Positions 33,061 through 43,134 of a DNA stretch of 64,000 nucleotides are shown piece after piece (the first letter of the stretch is position 1; each line of letters starts with the position of its first letter). The DNA is from an uncultured Planctomycetota bacterium (GTDB lineage: Bacteria; Planctomycetota; Planctomycetia; Isosphaerales; Isosphaeraceae). The notes beneath the pieces are model-generated. The model searched no databases and was not told the origin of the DNA. It worked only from the letters and a program-made list of their open reading frames with translations. Location: the NCBI GenBank assembly GCA_963823665.1, contig CAWGMQ010000008.1, positions 1,056,001 through 1,120,000 of the forward strand, given 5' to 3'. A program made the translations under genes and the position numbers.

Positions 33061-33333
33061 CTAACGCTGTTGCAGGTATTCTTCGATTCGTTCGGCCTTG
33101 CGAAGCAGGAATGGGATGTGCTGGTTGGTCGATTCCGTAAACCGTTTCACGACCTGGAGCGTCTGCTCGAACTGCTCGACGAATTTGTCGTGCTCCCGGT
33201 CGCGCCACGTCTGGCTAAGGCCTGCCAGTTGGCCATGCAGCGCGGTTAACTGGCCGATCATCTCGTTGTTGAACTGCTTGAGACGAGCCGCGAATCGACG
33301 CAGCTCTTCCGGGTTGACAATGGCTTGAGACAT
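33061..33333 (-). CDS. WXG100 family type VII secretion target (90 aa, W-R-D turn)
   Basis: MSQAIVNPEELRRFAARLKQF...LSQTWRDREHDKF...EEYLQQR has the size, helix-turn-helix layout and central Trp of WXG100 proteins. Confidence 0.88.
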   Translation of the reverse strand: MSQAIVNPEELRRFAARLKQFNNEMIGQLTALHGQLAGLSQTWRDREHDKFVEQFEQTLQVVKRFTESTNQHIPFLLRKAERIEEYLQQR

Positions 33334-33562
33334 TTCGGGCCTCGCTTCCGCGACGAGAGTTTTGAGAAACAGGAAGTGCCTTCGAGGCAGTGTACCGTCA
33401 CCACGATGGCACACTACTCGGCCCGGCGCTCTGAACTGACCACTTTGATGTTATTCGTCCCTGGCCGGCCTGTAAAGCCGGCGCCGGTTGCAAGTGGCGA
33501 AGCGGCAGCGCCAAACGGACTGCCGTGTCTTTCGAATTGATTCTGCATCAACCGCCATCCGC

Positions 33563-34260
33563 CTATGTTCGCCCGCGCCCGCTGAGCACGTCCCAGATCA
33601 TCTGGATCACGACTTCGTAAGCATTGCTCCAGCTTCCCTCGCGGAAGAATTGCACAGGTGCGTCCGGGCTGCCGATGAACGGGCGGAGCACCCAGGCCAT
33701 CTGGATGCCGACGAACACGTAGATCAGCAGCCAGACAAACAGCATCCAGCGATGTTTGGGATCGCTCTTGATCAGAGGTTGGTAGCTCCGCCGCAGCATC
33801 CATTGGGCGCTGGCGCTGGCCACCGCGAATATCACGCCATTGAAGAGAATTGCAGGCTGGTAACGGCTGCCGCAAACATACCAGAACGCCGTATAAGGCG
33901 CGAGCGCCGAGAGGATGATCGTAAGCCCAGCCTGAGTGGCGAGCAAAGCACGAATCACCCTGGGAAAATCGGCTCGTAGCCCGAGCAGCGTGTTGACGAC
34001 AAAGAAACTAGGCAAGCTCAACAAGAACGTGATGAATAACAGGAACGGGACCTTGAGGGCGGAATACACAACCTGCCACACTCTGGGCCCGCCGAACCCG
34101 CTGTACGCTCCCATGACTCCGCCGTAGAACATCCCGAACGCGGCGATCGCCAGGGTAAGCGATGCAAGGGATCGCGCCGGCTCTTGATTCGATCGTTCGG
34201 CGCAGATTCGCCGCGCAGGATATCGCTCGTCATTCGAAGTAGAGCGGCGACGGAATTCAT
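33563..34260 (-). CDS. Multi-pass membrane protein, paralogue of the upstream gene (frameshift near 34190)
   Basis: LKVPFLLF.T.L...PS..V.N.L.G and FVGIQMAWVLRPFIGSP. The N-terminus MNSVAALLRMTSDILRG is in a shifted frame. Confidence 0.8.
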
Positions 34261-34282
34261 GACGCGACACTCGACCATTCAA

Positions 34283-35116
34283 TCACGAAAACAGGCTCCG
34301 GAACGTGCGCACGACGGCCTGGAAGAAGTTTGAGTCGCGCGGGCGAAGCCAGGTGAACGGAGAATTGGGGCTGCCCACGAACGGACGCAGCACCCAGCCC
34401 ATCTGGGCACCCACCAAGGCGAAGACAATGACCCAGAGCCGGAACACGGTCTTGACGTGCTGGCTCAAGACCCTGTTCTCAAGCGGATCGAGCGCGCCCG
34501 ACGGGTCGTCAAAGACAAGTGATTCCGGCTCCGTTTGCGCCGGTCGCGTCGCAGGAAGGAGCGGCTGAGAATCGACCGCGCTCAAACGGTGCAGAGTTTG
34601 CAGCAGGAACGCCATGCCGAGTGTCCCGGCCACGGTAAACACGACGACGTTGAACAGAAGCATGAACGGATAGCTGGACGTGCTCACCGAGAAGAAAGCG
34701 ACGATCGGTCCCAGCGACGACAGCACCGCCACCATCACGCCCAGTGACGCGACCAGCAATCGCGCGACCGTCACCAAGGTCAACCGCGAACCGACCAATG
34801 CGTTGAAGACATAAAGCGACGGGAAAGTCACCAGCAGCGTCAAATAGAACAAGAGTGGAACCTTGAGCATGCTCGCCAGCACCTGGATCGGATTAGCCCC
34901 CTGCGACCGGAAAACGGCGAACGTTCCCATGCACACTCCATAGATCATCGCCAGCACGATGATGATCAGCGAGAGGCGTCGCGAATTGACTTCGAGCCCG
35001 CCCCTGCGCAGCGATGACACCCGTGTCAGATCGCCTCGGAGTATCGAGTCCAGCTCCGCGAACCAACCGGCGATTCCGGCTCTCTTCACACCCGGTTTGT
35101 CGGTCGACATTCTCAT
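34283..35116 (-). CDS. Multi-pass membrane protein (possibly Yip1-like)
   Basis: LDSILRG, LKVPLLFYLTLLVTFPSLYVFNALVG and LVGAQMGWVLRPFVGSP...RDSNFF. Confidence 0.85.
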   Translation of the reverse strand: MRMSTDKPGVKRAGIAGWFAELDSILRGDLTRVSSLRRGGLEVNSRRLSLIIIVLAMIYGVCMGTFAVFRSQGANPIQVLASMLKVPLLFYLTLLVTFPSLYVFNALVGSRLTLVTVARLLVASLGVMVAVLSSLGPIVAFFSVSTSSYPFMLLFNVVVFTVAGTLGMAFLLQTLHRLSAVDSQPLLPATRPAQTEPESLVFDDPSGALDPLENRVLSQHVKTVFRLWVIVFALVGAQMGWVLRPFVGSPNSPFTWLRPRDSNFFQAVVRTFRSLFS

Positions 35117-35149
35117 CCCTCCCCGAATCCCGCGATGGACATCAGGCAC

Positions 35150-35180
35150 TTACTTTGCATTGCAAAGTAAACAAAGTCAA
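35150..35180 (-). promoter_or_regulatory. Perfect 21-bp palindromic operator overlapping a putative promoter
   Basis: TTACTTTGCA-T-TGCAAAGTAA at 35150-35170, with a minus-strand TTGACT at 35175-35180. Confidence 0.7.
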
Positions 35181-35318
35181 GCCGCGTTTTTGGGTTATTC
35201 TTCTCGCTGCGGTACGAGGCTGAGCTTGGGTCTCCCGCCTCGGGCGCCGGGGTGAGCGGTCCCTTCAGAGGCGTCTGCACGTGCGATCAATCGATTCAGG
35301 AACGGCTTCGTCAACTGT

Positions 35319-38300
35319 CTACTTGCCGGCAACAGCCGGGTGCGATTCCACCGCGACCTCCGCCGCGCTCATCACGGGCCGGCCTTCGACCTCGCTCAAG
35401 CCGTGGAGCTGAACGTAGCGTGCCGGCGGACCCGATAGCGGAACATATTTATGTGTTGTGTCGTTTTGCCATCGCCCCGAGGCGAGGATGCGGCTCCACG
35501 AGTGACCGTCGGTCGACGTCCGGATTTCAAAGTCTTTTACCCTGCCGTTGGGGCTGTCCTGACGAGGAATGTAGAGCAGCCCATCGACGTCGCGCAGGCT
35601 GCCCAGGTCGACGACCAGGTCGTGAGGGTAACCGGGGCTGGCGCCGACAAATTCGGTGTGCCAGATCGTCGAGAGGTCGCCGTCGCCGGCCAGTGCCGGC
35701 GCGTAGCCGGGTGAGTAGCTGTCGGCCGAATAGGTCTCCGCCTGGGAACCGCCCGCGGCCGATCGCGACGCCTCGCGAATCCAGTCCAGGATCGCGCGAA
35801 AAGCGGGCGAGTCGGTGTTTTCCCAGCGCACACCGCCGACGTGGGTCAATCCCGTCGGGCTGGCTGGATCAGCGCCACCGGCGCCGTGCGGGCTGCGCGG
35901 CTTGCGCAGGATCAAGCTGGCTTCGGGCTCGCCCAGGTTCACCACCTTGAGCGCGGAATTAAAATTGACCATCAGTTGTTCGATGCTGTTCTCGCCGCCG
36001 GGAGTGGTGGGAGCGATTCGCAGAATCGTGTGATTGCCGTGGCAGTTCGCGCAGGCCTGTTGATCCTCGCCCGTCCGGTAGAAAAGAGGGTTGATCTTCT
36101 TCCGAAAGGTCGAGAAGCTCAGCAGCCGCGATCTGCCTAGCTCGACGTCGGCCGCCAGCGTGGCTGAGTTCAGCCCATTCGCAGCGAGCAAGCCCAACGC
36201 GCGTGATCTGAGGGCCGGGTCACGGGCGAGTGCCATGACTCGTCTGGCCAGGGCCAATGTGCTCTCTTTGCCACCTGCGAGAAGCTGCTGGGAGTCGACG
36301 ACCGATAGCGCGAGCTCGCGCACCCGCGAGTCGGGGTCGACCAGGAGCCGCTTGACGTGCTCGAGGGCATCGGGCCGGCTCCAAAAACCGGTGCGATTGG
36401 CGCTTAATTCGAGCCCTTGCCGGCGCAGGGCAGGGGAGTCGTCGGCCAGCGCGGAGAGCAGCAGAGACGTTGCCGCGCGCGATGACCAGAGTCTGGGAAG
36501 GCTGCTCACGCCTGCAAGTGTGTGTTCGCGCACCGCGGGCGACGAATCCGATAACCCGCGTCGCAGGATCTCAAGCGCGGACGCCGGCGGATCGGCTTGA
36601 TCCAGAATGTCACGGCGCGCGAGCAACACGTCGATGGCTTCGACTCGCTGCGGCTGGTTCAATCGCGGCCAGGCGCGTTCGAGCAGCGAGACGACTTCGG
36701 CGTCGGCAAGCACGGCCCATTTGAGCACCGGCAGCAAGCTTGGGGCGGCCTCGGGATTCCCGATCAGCTTACGGATTGTTCCCAGGATTTCCGGGCTGGT
36801 AGAAAGGCGGTGGTTTCGTCCGATCGCCTGCAGAACGGCCTCTCGGCCCTCCGGCGAGCTCTCGAGCGCAGACCGCAGTGCTGCGATTTGCCGTGGGTCG
36901 GTCTCCGCCCCGCGAGGATCGAGGCTCGTCGAAACGAGCGCCCGGGCCGCCTCACGAACTTCGGGTTCAGGATCTGAAAGGTGTTCCAGCACGGCCAACT
37001 GAAGGCCTGGGGATTCCGACTGTTCCATCACGCGGAAGAACGCGGCGAGCTTGAACGCCTGGGCGCGGGATCGAGGCGGCAACGATATCTCGAAGAGCCG
37101 CGCAAATACGGATTCGAGCACCCGGGGATCGGGGTGAAAGAGGAAGCCGAATTCGCGGTCGTTGCCGACGTCGATCATCGCCTCGGGCTGCCTGGCGTAG
37201 AATCGTCCCTTGAAGAATGATCCGTCAAAGGCATCGAGCAAGGCGCAGGCCTGGCGCTCATTGCCGGCTTGCAGCGCCGCCACGACCGGAGCGAACAACA
37301 CGGTGCGCTCGAATTCGCGGCGGGCCTCGAGGATGCGCGGTCGCATGGCGGGCGGAAGCTGCTCGATGTTCTTCTGGAGGCTGACGCCGCCCCCGAGGTT
37401 CTCGTCGAGCATGATGTAGAGACCTTCACTCAGGTTCTTGCGCACGACCTCGGTCTCGGGCACGGCCATCCTGGCCAGGTAGGTCTCCACGATCCGGCGT
37501 GCCAGCGCCCGGTCTTTGGTTCGATAAAACCACTGACGAAGGGTTTTCGCCGCCTGGAGCCGCGTCCACAAGTCCGGGTCGTGTGCAAGCTCGATCAGTC
37601 GATTTGCCAGATCCCCTCGCTCATCCATTCCGTAGAATTGGTAGGCGAAAACTCGAGTCGCCCCGCGGCGAATACGGGGATCTGCATCATCGAGCGCTCG
37701 CTTGATCACGTCCACGCCGATGCCGTCGTTCCCGAGCCTGCGCAGGGCCCAGGCGGCCGCGCGCCACACGATCTTGGAGGGGTCTGCGAGCCGCGCCGCC
37801 AGCGGCTCGGCCGACTCGGCCTGCCCCAGCCGGCCCAGCGCGGCTGCGGCCGCCGCGCAGCTTGCGGCTCGCGGCATTCGAGCAGCTTGGCAATCGCCCG
37901 GGCGAATCGTGCACGATCTGCCTCGGGCACATCCCAGAGGTTCTCCAGATCGTCGAGGGTGTTCACCAGCGAGTCGGTTCGCGGTAGCTGCGCCGGGCCT
38001 TTCACTCGGTTTCCCCAGCCGCGCAGCGGAGCCTCTTGGCGGGGAAACGCCTCGGCGAGAGCCATCACGGCAAAGCGCGTTTCCCGCATGGGGGTGCGGA
38101 AGTTCTCATGGGTGGTGGTCTGGAACCAACCGCCGAAATCCTGCTGCTGGGCCAGCAGGTAGCGCCAGGCCTTCACGAGCGCCGGGTGGTCGCGCGGCAG
38201 ACCGGTTCGAAGCAGCGTCCAGGCGAGCTGCCCGGTGGTGTAGACGGCGCTCGGGCCTCGGTCGGAGTCGGTCTCGTGCCAGCCTCCGTCGTCATTCTGG

Positions 38301-39925
38301 ATCCTCATCAGTAGGCCGGTCTCACGCTTGATCTTGCTGGCGAAGGCCGCCTTGTCCAGCAGCGACCAGGCATAGAGCCGGTGAATCCGATCTTGCAGGG
38401 TCTCGATCCGGCGGTCGGCCGAGCGTTCACCCAGTATGGTGGAAATCGACGCGGCCGCCTGGGTGAAGTCTGCCCGGCCGGTCCGCGCGCCGAGCTCGCT
38501 CAAGACCCGCCAGTCGCGCCAGGCGATGCCGAACTTGCTGTCGAGGGGAATCACGCCGTTCTGCTCGTCGGCCGGCAGCTCCCGTCGGGTTGCCCACGCT
38601 CGCTCAAGGAAAGGACCGAATCGCTCGACGGTCTTCGTCTGCTTGCCGCTCACCTGACGCTCAAAATCGAGCAGGATGCCCCCTTGCTTGCCCTGGGCCT
38701 GGAGCGGGATGCCGATGAATCGCTGCCAGAACACACCGTCGTCGCCGTACAGTGGCGTGTTCGAGTTGTAGAGCCGGTCGATCACATACTGAAAGTTGGA
38801 TTTCGAGCGAATCTCGTAACCATTTCGATGGGCGGTCAGGTTGGCCTCGGTCGAAAAGCTTGAGGGGTGGCAGGCCGTGCAGCGAGTGGCCGTGTCGTGC
38901 ATATTGGCCGAGCGAACGTAGATATTCCCTTCACGCGGTACCTGGGCAAACCAGGCATCGCCGACATTCATGATGTAGTGCATCCCCGCCTCGACCGCCC
39001 TCGACGCCTCGTCGTACGGAGGCACCGGCAGCACGCGGGTGCGCAAGATGTAATCGGGATGGTTGGCGTTCACTTCGAGATAGTAGGTCCCGCGGGTGAA
39101 TACCCGGCTGATGTGCTTGGAGTAGCGCTCACGTTCGCGGTCATGCACGACCTCCATCGGATCCTTGCCGGCCAGGAACGGAGCTATTGTGTTGTTCGTT
39201 TTCGGGTCGACCGTGTAAACGCGAAGATTGGCCGAGACGTCGCGATCCAGCAGATCGAGCTGCAAATACACCAGGGTGGGTGTGTCTTGCGTGATCTCGA
39301 ATCGGAACCAGTCGAGGCCGGACTTTCCCTCGGCGCGGTTCTCGAGATAGTCGACATCGTCGGCGGAGCCGTAGACGTCGCGACCGAGCCGTATGTGATT
39401 CGCTTGCGGCCACGAGTCGTTGGGCTCGGCCTCGATGGCGGCGCGATCAGGCTCCGGGAGTTGCGTGTGATGCCATTCGACGCGGACGCCGAGCGGAGCG
39501 TCCTCCGCTGTCGCGACCCGGGCGAGGCTCACCTGGGCCTGGCCATTCACGCGAGGCCGATACGAGAAGTAGAGATCGGGATCGCCCGCGTGGAGTCCCT
39601 TGGCGATCCGGTCCCCGCCGGCAGCGGCCAGCTCGACCTCGACGCGATCGCCGAGGGCCCCGGGGGTGCGTTCCAGCGTAACCTGAAGGCCATACGTCTC
39701 GCCGGCTAGCACCGGGCCGAGTGATAGGCTCTCGCGCCCACCCGCCTTTAGCGAGATGGAACGCGGCAGAGTTCCTGCCTGCAAGGCGTGGGATTGGGGA
39801 GCTCCAGCGGTGCTGATTTCCTGCGCGGCCAGCCGCAGCCCGACCAGACCGAGAATCAAGGCGCACGAAACCGGCCAACGCGCACCTGGCATCCCTGGCA
39901 TCTCTGCTGTGCCTCCCAGTTTCAT
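35319..39925 (-). CDS. Large exported multidomain protein: two CxxCH motifs, prenyltransferase/squalene-cyclase-like repeats, HEAT repeats, F5/8 type C domain (frameshift near 37870)
   Basis: Signal-like N-terminus, EAEPNDS, CTACH, QNDDGGW/QQDFGGW, L.D....VR..A repeats, CANCH...SLILRKP...HVGG, and DGDLSTIWH...VVDLG...Y.PRQD...ARYV. Confidence 0.8.
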
Positions 39926-40321
39926 CGCCCTTAGCTCGCGACGATTCATTGTCGAGCCCGGGAGGATTTGTTGCAACCGTTGTATCGCGACTATCGAGCT
40001 TGAAGTGGGTGACCCGGCTCGCGTTTCCGCGACTTGACTTTTCGTCGCGGCGCGCAAAAATAGAGTGGACGCTGCGGCGGCCAAGCACGTACTCAAGTAC
40101 CAGGATGAAGTCTTAGCCCTGGCGCGTGAGTGTCGCTTTTAGCGACGAATCCCCTCGTGGGAGCGCGAACTTCCTTGTGTAGTCCGCCGCGGCGTCTTTT
40201 TTTTTGCGCGCGCTCGGGGAGAACGGCGGTCGCATCTCTTCACGTGTCCCTGACGGACCCGAACCGTTCTCGAAGTATGTGTCTGTCCCAAGAATTCCCG
40301 GCTCGATCGCGCGCGGCCGAT

Positions 40322-40843
40322 CTACCCGGCGCGGCGGTTCTCTTCGCGCTTTCCCGCGAGCGATGGGTCTTTGCCTGATGAGATCGGCCGGCTGAACGAC
40401 GCCTGCGCGGGTTGCTCGATCGACGCGTAGTCAGTGAAATGCATCCGAAGACCTTCGTGACGCGTGTTGGCGCTCACGACGATTTCCGCAATCTCTGATA
40501 AGCCAGAATCCACGAGAGTGGACAGACCGTAGAGTCGCCCGAACGGAGGCACGACGCCGGGCTCGCAGTCAGGAAAGCTCGCCAGCAGTTCTTCCGGCGT
40601 GGCGAGTCGAAGGTCAGAGACCGGAAAGCCCGTCACCTGGCTTAATCGGTCCAGGTCGATGCGGCACGACGCGGGCAGAACCGCCAGCAAGAATGAGTCG
40701 GCTGCCCGAATCAGCACGGCCTTGGCGACGGAGCGCCCGGTGATGTGGGCGTTCCGCGCCCGCCTCGCCGACGACGAGGCCGGCTGATAAAGCAAAGCCT
40801 CGAACCAGACACCCTTGCTTCGCAGAAAGTCCTGGATGTACAC
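40322..40843 (-). CDS. YbaK/EbsC (aminoacyl-tRNA deacylase-like) family protein
   Basis: VAKAVLI, LAVLPA, RLAT.EEL...FPDCEPGVVPPFG and VDSGL. Confidence 0.88.
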   Translation of the reverse strand: MYIQDFLRSKGVWFEALLYQPASSSARRARNAHITGRSVAKAVLIRAADSFLLAVLPASCRIDLDRLSQVTGFPVSDLRLATPEELLASFPDCEPGVVPPFGRLYGLSTLVDSGLSEIAEIVVSANTRHEGLRMHFTDYASIEQPAQASFSRPISSGKDPSLAGKREENRRAG

Positions 40844-41132
40844 GGGCGTCTCTCCTCGAGTCGATGGTGTTGTTCTATGGAATTATAGGACACCTGGAGA
40901 AAATGCACGTTCTGTGCCGGAAACTCGGTGGCCGCACATTGCTCATCATCGTTAGAGCCGGTCTGTGTGCGGTGAGAGAAACCGTAGAGAATTGAAGCCA
41001 ATGACTCTGAGCCGAACCCGAACGTGGCGGGACGGAGTCCACTTGCGCGGGCATGCCTCTTGTAACGTGGGCCGGAAGTCGGTACCGTGCCAGGGGTTTG
41101 CTTGGGTGGGTGCGCCATGGAGGTACACCAGC

Positions 41133-42128
41133 GTGCCGGCTAACCTTCCGCCTCAGTACCTCAAGGTCGAGGATGAGTATCGCAACGCTCAGACCGCGGA
41201 GCAGCGGCTGGACAAGCTCCGGGAGATGTTCCGGCTACTTCCCAAGCACAAGGGGACTGAGAGACTCCAGTCGGACCTCAAGCAGAAAATCAGTCATCTC
41301 AAGGACGAACTGTCGCGCGGGAAGGCGCAAGGAAAGAGAGGCGGCGTCAGCTACCATGTGCCGCGAGAAGGGGCAGGTCAGTTGATGTTGATCGGGCCGC
41401 CGAACGCCGGGAAGAGCTCGCTGCTGGCAGCGCTCACTTCCGCCCGGCCGGAGATCGCGCCTTATCCGTATACAACGCGACTCCCTCAGCCGGGGATCAT
41501 GATGTGGCAAGATGTGTCCGTCCAGCTTGTCGACCTCCCGGCCATCTCTGTTGAATTCGTTGAGCCATGGTTGCCGAACGTGATTCGTTCCGGTGATGCG
41601 GCAGTTCTGGTGGCTGACCTGGCGACGGACGAGGTGGCGGACGCGTCACAGGCCGTGCTTGACCGCCTCGCACAAAGTCACACCGAGCTGGTTGGCGAGC
41701 TTCCCTTTGACAACCAGGATGAGTCGACCCGGCACTTGAAAACGGTGATGGCGGCCAACAAGGTCGACTGCGACGGAGCGCGCGAGCGGCTAGAGATTCT
41801 TCGCGAGTGGTTCGAGCCGCAGTTTCCGATCGTCTCCGTTTCGGCAACAACTGGAGAGGGGCTGGAATCGTTGCGCACAGCTTCATACCATTTACTGGGT
41901 CTGATGCGCATCTATACGAAGGTTCCCGGCAAGCCGGCTGATCGGGCGCGGCCGTTTGCGCTACCGATCGGGAGTACCGTTCTCGATCTGGCCCGGGAGA
42001 TTCATCGGGATTTCGAGCATTCGCTCAAGTCAGCGCGGATCTGGGGCACGGGGGTATTCGATGGTCAATCCGCCAAGCATGATCACGAGCTGCATGATGG
42101 TGACCTGGTCGAACTGCATGTCTCGTGA
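41133..42128 (+). CDS. DRG/Rbg-like OBG-family GTPase with TGS domain
   Basis: RBS GGAGG then GTG start. PANLPPQY, PKHKGT, GPPNAGKSS, YPYTT, VDLP, ANKVD, VSA, RIYTK and TGS motif IHRDF...ARIWG...L.DGD.VE. Confidence 0.9.
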   Translation: MPANLPPQYLKVEDEYRNAQTAEQRLDKLREMFRLLPKHKGTERLQSDLKQKISHLKDELSRGKAQGKRGGVSYHVPREGAGQLMLIGPPNAGKSSLLAALTSARPEIAPYPYTTRLPQPGIMMWQDVSVQLVDLPAISVEFVEPWLPNVIRSGDAAVLVADLATDEVADASQAVLDRLAQSHTELVGELPFDNQDESTRHLKTVMAANKVDCDGARERLEILREWFEPQFPIVSVSATTGEGLESLRTASYHLLGLMRIYTKVPGKPADRARPFALPIGSTVLDLAREIHRDFEHSLKSARIWGTGVFDGQSAKHDHELHDGDLVELHVS

Positions 42129-42216
42129 GTCGGGGTTATTCAGCCGATCGAGCGTTTTGGGTATAAGATTGCGTGCCGGGGTACAGCAAGTTCCCACATG
42201 AGCGAACCCTAGTGGA

Positions 42217-43134
42217 ATGGCGGGCAACGGTATGACGGGTACGGCCCTCATCGTGGAAGATCATCCAGAACAGGCGGAGCTCGTCGCCCGGATCCTGAGC
42301 ACGCGCGCTTTTCGATCGGTGGTGGCCCAGAACGGTGAGACGGCGTTGCGGATGGCCCGCGAGTGCCTTCCCGACGTCGTACTTCTGGACCTGATGCTCC
42401 CGGACATCAACGGATTCGATGTTTGCCGGCAGCTTCGCACCGATCGGACCACGATGCTCATTCCGATTGTCATGCTCACGGCGCTCAATGACGTGCAGCA
42501 CCGCGTGCACGGATTCCGCGTCGGTGCCAACGCGTATGTCACCAAGCCGTATGGCGTGGATGATCTCTTCGACGCAATCGAGGTTGCCCGCGCCTGGCGG
42601 ACGAGCATCGGCACGCGGGACCTTCAGGGCGAGATTCACGTCGAGATCAACAGCGAGATTAATTTGCTGCAGGATCTGAACGACTTTTCGATGCTGATCT
42701 GCCAATCGACGCCGCTGGCTGATGACCAGGTGGTGCAGCTTCGCCAAGCCGTCATGGAAATGGCTCAAAATGCGATCGAGTGGGGCAACCTCCACCAGTC
42801 GGATCGCCTGGTGAGCATCACGTATCGCGTGCGCGACACCAGCCTGGAAATTGTGGTACGCGACCAGGGACCGGGCTTCGATCGGACGAGCATGCCGCAT
42901 GCCGCCATCGCGGGCGATCCGTTCACGCATCTCGACGTCCGCGAGAAACTCGGCCTGCGTGCGGGTGGATTTGGCCTCCTGATCTGTCAAGGGATGGTCG
43001 ATGAAATGTTATACAACGATCAGGGTAACGAGGTGACGCTCATCAAACGGTTCGGCTCCGGCACTCCGTCGCGTCAAGAAACGCGCAGCTCGAGCTACAA
43101 CGGCTCGAGCAGCTACGACGACGCATCGAGGTAA
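42217..43134 (+). CDS. Response regulator receiver fused to an RsbW-like (anti-sigma) HATPase domain
   Basis: LIVED, LLDLMLP, YVTKP, then AVMEMAQNAIEWGN, VRDQGPGFD, GGFGL and YNDQGN. Confidence 0.88.
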   Translation: MAGNGMTGTALIVEDHPEQAELVARILSTRAFRSVVAQNGETALRMARECLPDVVLLDLMLPDINGFDVCRQLRTDRTTMLIPIVMLTALNDVQHRVHGFRVGANAYVTKPYGVDDLFDAIEVARAWRTSIGTRDLQGEIHVEINSEINLLQDLNDFSMLICQSTPLADDQVVQLRQAVMEMAQNAIEWGNLHQSDRLVSITYRVRDTSLEIVVRDQGPGFDRTSMPHAAIAGDPFTHLDVREKLGLRAGGFGLLICQGMVDEMLYNDQGNEVTLIKRFGSGTPSRQETRSSSYNGSSSYDDASR

